From Gammaproteobacteria bacterium (GTDB lineage: Bacteria > Pseudomonadota > Gammaproteobacteria > Steroidobacterales > PWYM01), in the NCBI GenBank assembly GCA_041745895.1, contig JBGTIC010000046.1, positions 1 through 63,714 of the forward strand: a DNA stretch of 63,714 bases, read 5' to 3'. The position numbers and the translations under genes were made by a program. Within the stretch, counting starts at the first letter, position 1. Each line of letters opens with the position of its first letter. Shown here piece after piece: positions 62,660 to 63,714 of this stretch. The notes beneath the pieces were generated by a model. The model saw nothing but the letters and a program-made list of their open reading frames with translations, was not told where the DNA came from and made no database searches.

Positions 62660-63714
62660 TTGTCTGAGTTATTAAAAGCCCTTGTCGACGCGGTCGACAG
62701 TAACGCGACCATCGTCGTGCCCACCGTACGTCTCGCGCGCCACTATCGCCTGCGCTACGCGACATTGTGCGAGGCCGAGGGGCGCTCGGCCTGGAATGCC
62801 CCCGACATCATCGCCTGGGATCACTGGCTCGCGCGCCTGTGGCGACGCGGTCCGGCCACCCGGGCGTTGCTGGGTCCGATGGCGGCGACCCGGCGCTGGG
62901 AGCAGCTGGTCGGTGAAGAGGTGGGACTTACCGGGGACATCTCGCGTACCGCAACCCTCGCGCGAGAGGCCTTGCGCCTGCTGCGCCAATGGCAATTGTC
63001 GCCCCACGAGCTTCACCAGGGCGGCACGCAGGATTCACGGCGCTTCGCCCATTGGCTGCAGATGCACGAGGCAGGCGGCAGAGCTCGCCAGGAACTCGAT
63101 CCGTACGATCTGGCCGGCGCAGTGCTTGAACAACTGCGGGCCGGTCGCATCCCGGTGCCACCCAGGCAACTCTGGCTTGGCTTCATTGCGCTGACCCCCC
63201 TGGCACGCGCCATCGTCGAGGCCTGCCGCACTCAGGGCGCGCAGCTGATCATCCACCCCGGGGGCAACCAGGCGGGCGAACGCAATGTGTTCGCCGCGAT
63301 TGATCCGGCGCACGAGCTGAGTTATGCCGCCACATGGCTGGCCACGCAGCTGGAGCCTGCGGATGCGGACGTCGGCCTTGTCGTTGCCGACCTGTCGAGT
63401 CGCCGCGACGAGGTCGAGACCACGTTGATCCGCTTGCTCGCTCCGGGCAGCGCAGATGCGGCGGAAGCGGGCATCAACTTTTCGGTGGGTCGTGCGCTGG
63501 CCGACGAGCCGGTAATTCAGTCCGCGCGTCTGCTGCTCACCGGGCTTGAGTCGCCGCTGGATTTCGCCTCCGCCAGCCTGCTCCTGCGTTCGCCGCACAT
63601 CGCGTCGTGGGCGACAGAACGCGGTGCCCGGGCTCGCCTGGAGCGAGCCCTTCGTGAACTCAATGTCAGTGTCATCGGGCTTGCGAGCCTGCAGGCGCGG
63701 GCCGCGGCAGGGGC
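62660..63714 (+). CDS. PD-(D/E)XK nuclease family / AddB-like DNA repair protein, N-terminal part (runs off right edge)
   Basis: Not in the ORF track because there is no stop in the window. My translation from TTG 62660 gives SELLKALVDAVDSNATIVVPTVRLARHYRLRYATLCEAEGRSAWNAPDIIAWDHWLARLW.... This resembles N-termini of proteobacterial 'probable DNA repair protein' genes that precede UvrD-like helicases. The start codon is uncertain. Confidence 0.55.
   Translation, partial: MSELLKALVDAVDSNATIVVPTVRLARHYRLRYATLCEAEGRSAWNAPDIIAWDHWLARLWRRGPATRALLGPMAATRRWEQLVGEEVGLTGDISRTATLAREALRLLRQWQLSPHELHQGGTQDSRRFAHWLQMHEAGGRARQELDPYDLAGAVLEQLRAGRIPVPPRQLWLGFIALTPLARAIVEACRTQGAQLIIHPGGNQAGERNVFAAIDPAHELSYAATWLATQLEPADADVGLVVADLSSRRDEVETTLIRLLAPGSADAAEAGINFSVGRALADEPVIQSARLLLTGLESPLDFASASLLLRSPHIASWATERGARARLERALRELNVSVIGLASLQARAAAG

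Noticed and set aside
21000-62700. Idea that the 21-62 kb catabolic patchwork is a mobile genomic island
   Set aside because: I could see no integrase, transposase, tRNA/tmRNA attachment site, flanking direct repeats or obvious compositional shift. ETF, sseA and alaA core genes are interspersed.

Overview
This is visibly GC-rich (about two-thirds G+C by eye, not computed) proteobacterial chromosomal DNA. Gene content and order suggest a Xanthomonadales/Nevskiales-like gammaproteobacterium (inference). I call about 70 protein genes and recognised no rRNA, tRNA, CRISPR, transposase, integrase or phage genes. 1-11.7 kb holds core amino-acid biosynthesis with three cis-regulators: (a) hisD'-hisG preceded by a YerC/YecD (TrpR-like) gene and a 28-bp palindrome, (b) a SAM-I riboswitch in front of metB-metX, (c) a Leu-codon leader peptide plus attenuator in front of a compact ilvA-leuA-ilvE-leuC-leuD-leuB operon. 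11.7-15.5 kb encodes a histidine phosphatase, a quinone oxidoreductase, an SDR and an acyl-CoA dehydrogenase. 16.0-21.2 kb is a six-gene TonB2/Ttp-type energy-transduction cluster (DUF3450 protein, large MotA/TolQ/ExbB protein, ExbB, ExbD, TonB, TPR protein). 21-62 kb is a dense patchwork of poorly characterised catabolic, redox and transport operons. It includes a CoA-transferase, an HMG-CoA-lyase-like enzyme, hydantoinase A/B, an isochorismatase-type amidase, SDRs, MaoC, a FadH-like enoate reductase, ALDH, GST, ETF and a TRAP system split into two loci. It also holds an ABC permease pair without ATPase or binding protein, two MFS transporters, and GntR and IclR regulators. The most interesting signals are these. 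(i) A 12-bp palindrome (consensus ATTGTATACAAT) occurs seven times, always in non-coding promoter-proximal DNA, and three of the copies lie between the caiB-like and HMG-CoA-lyase-like operons; this looks like an undescribed GntR-type regulon. (ii) A divergent seven-gene cluster around hydantoinase A/B may encode an undescribed ring-opening, CoA-activation and C-C-lyase pathway. (iii) Three paralogous 6-TM proteins and two paralogous soluble proteins of unrecognised family are each wired to these operons. The window ends in the 5' part of an AddB-like PD-(D/E)XK nuclease gene. All functional calls rest on my reading of the translations and recalled family motifs; no database search was run.
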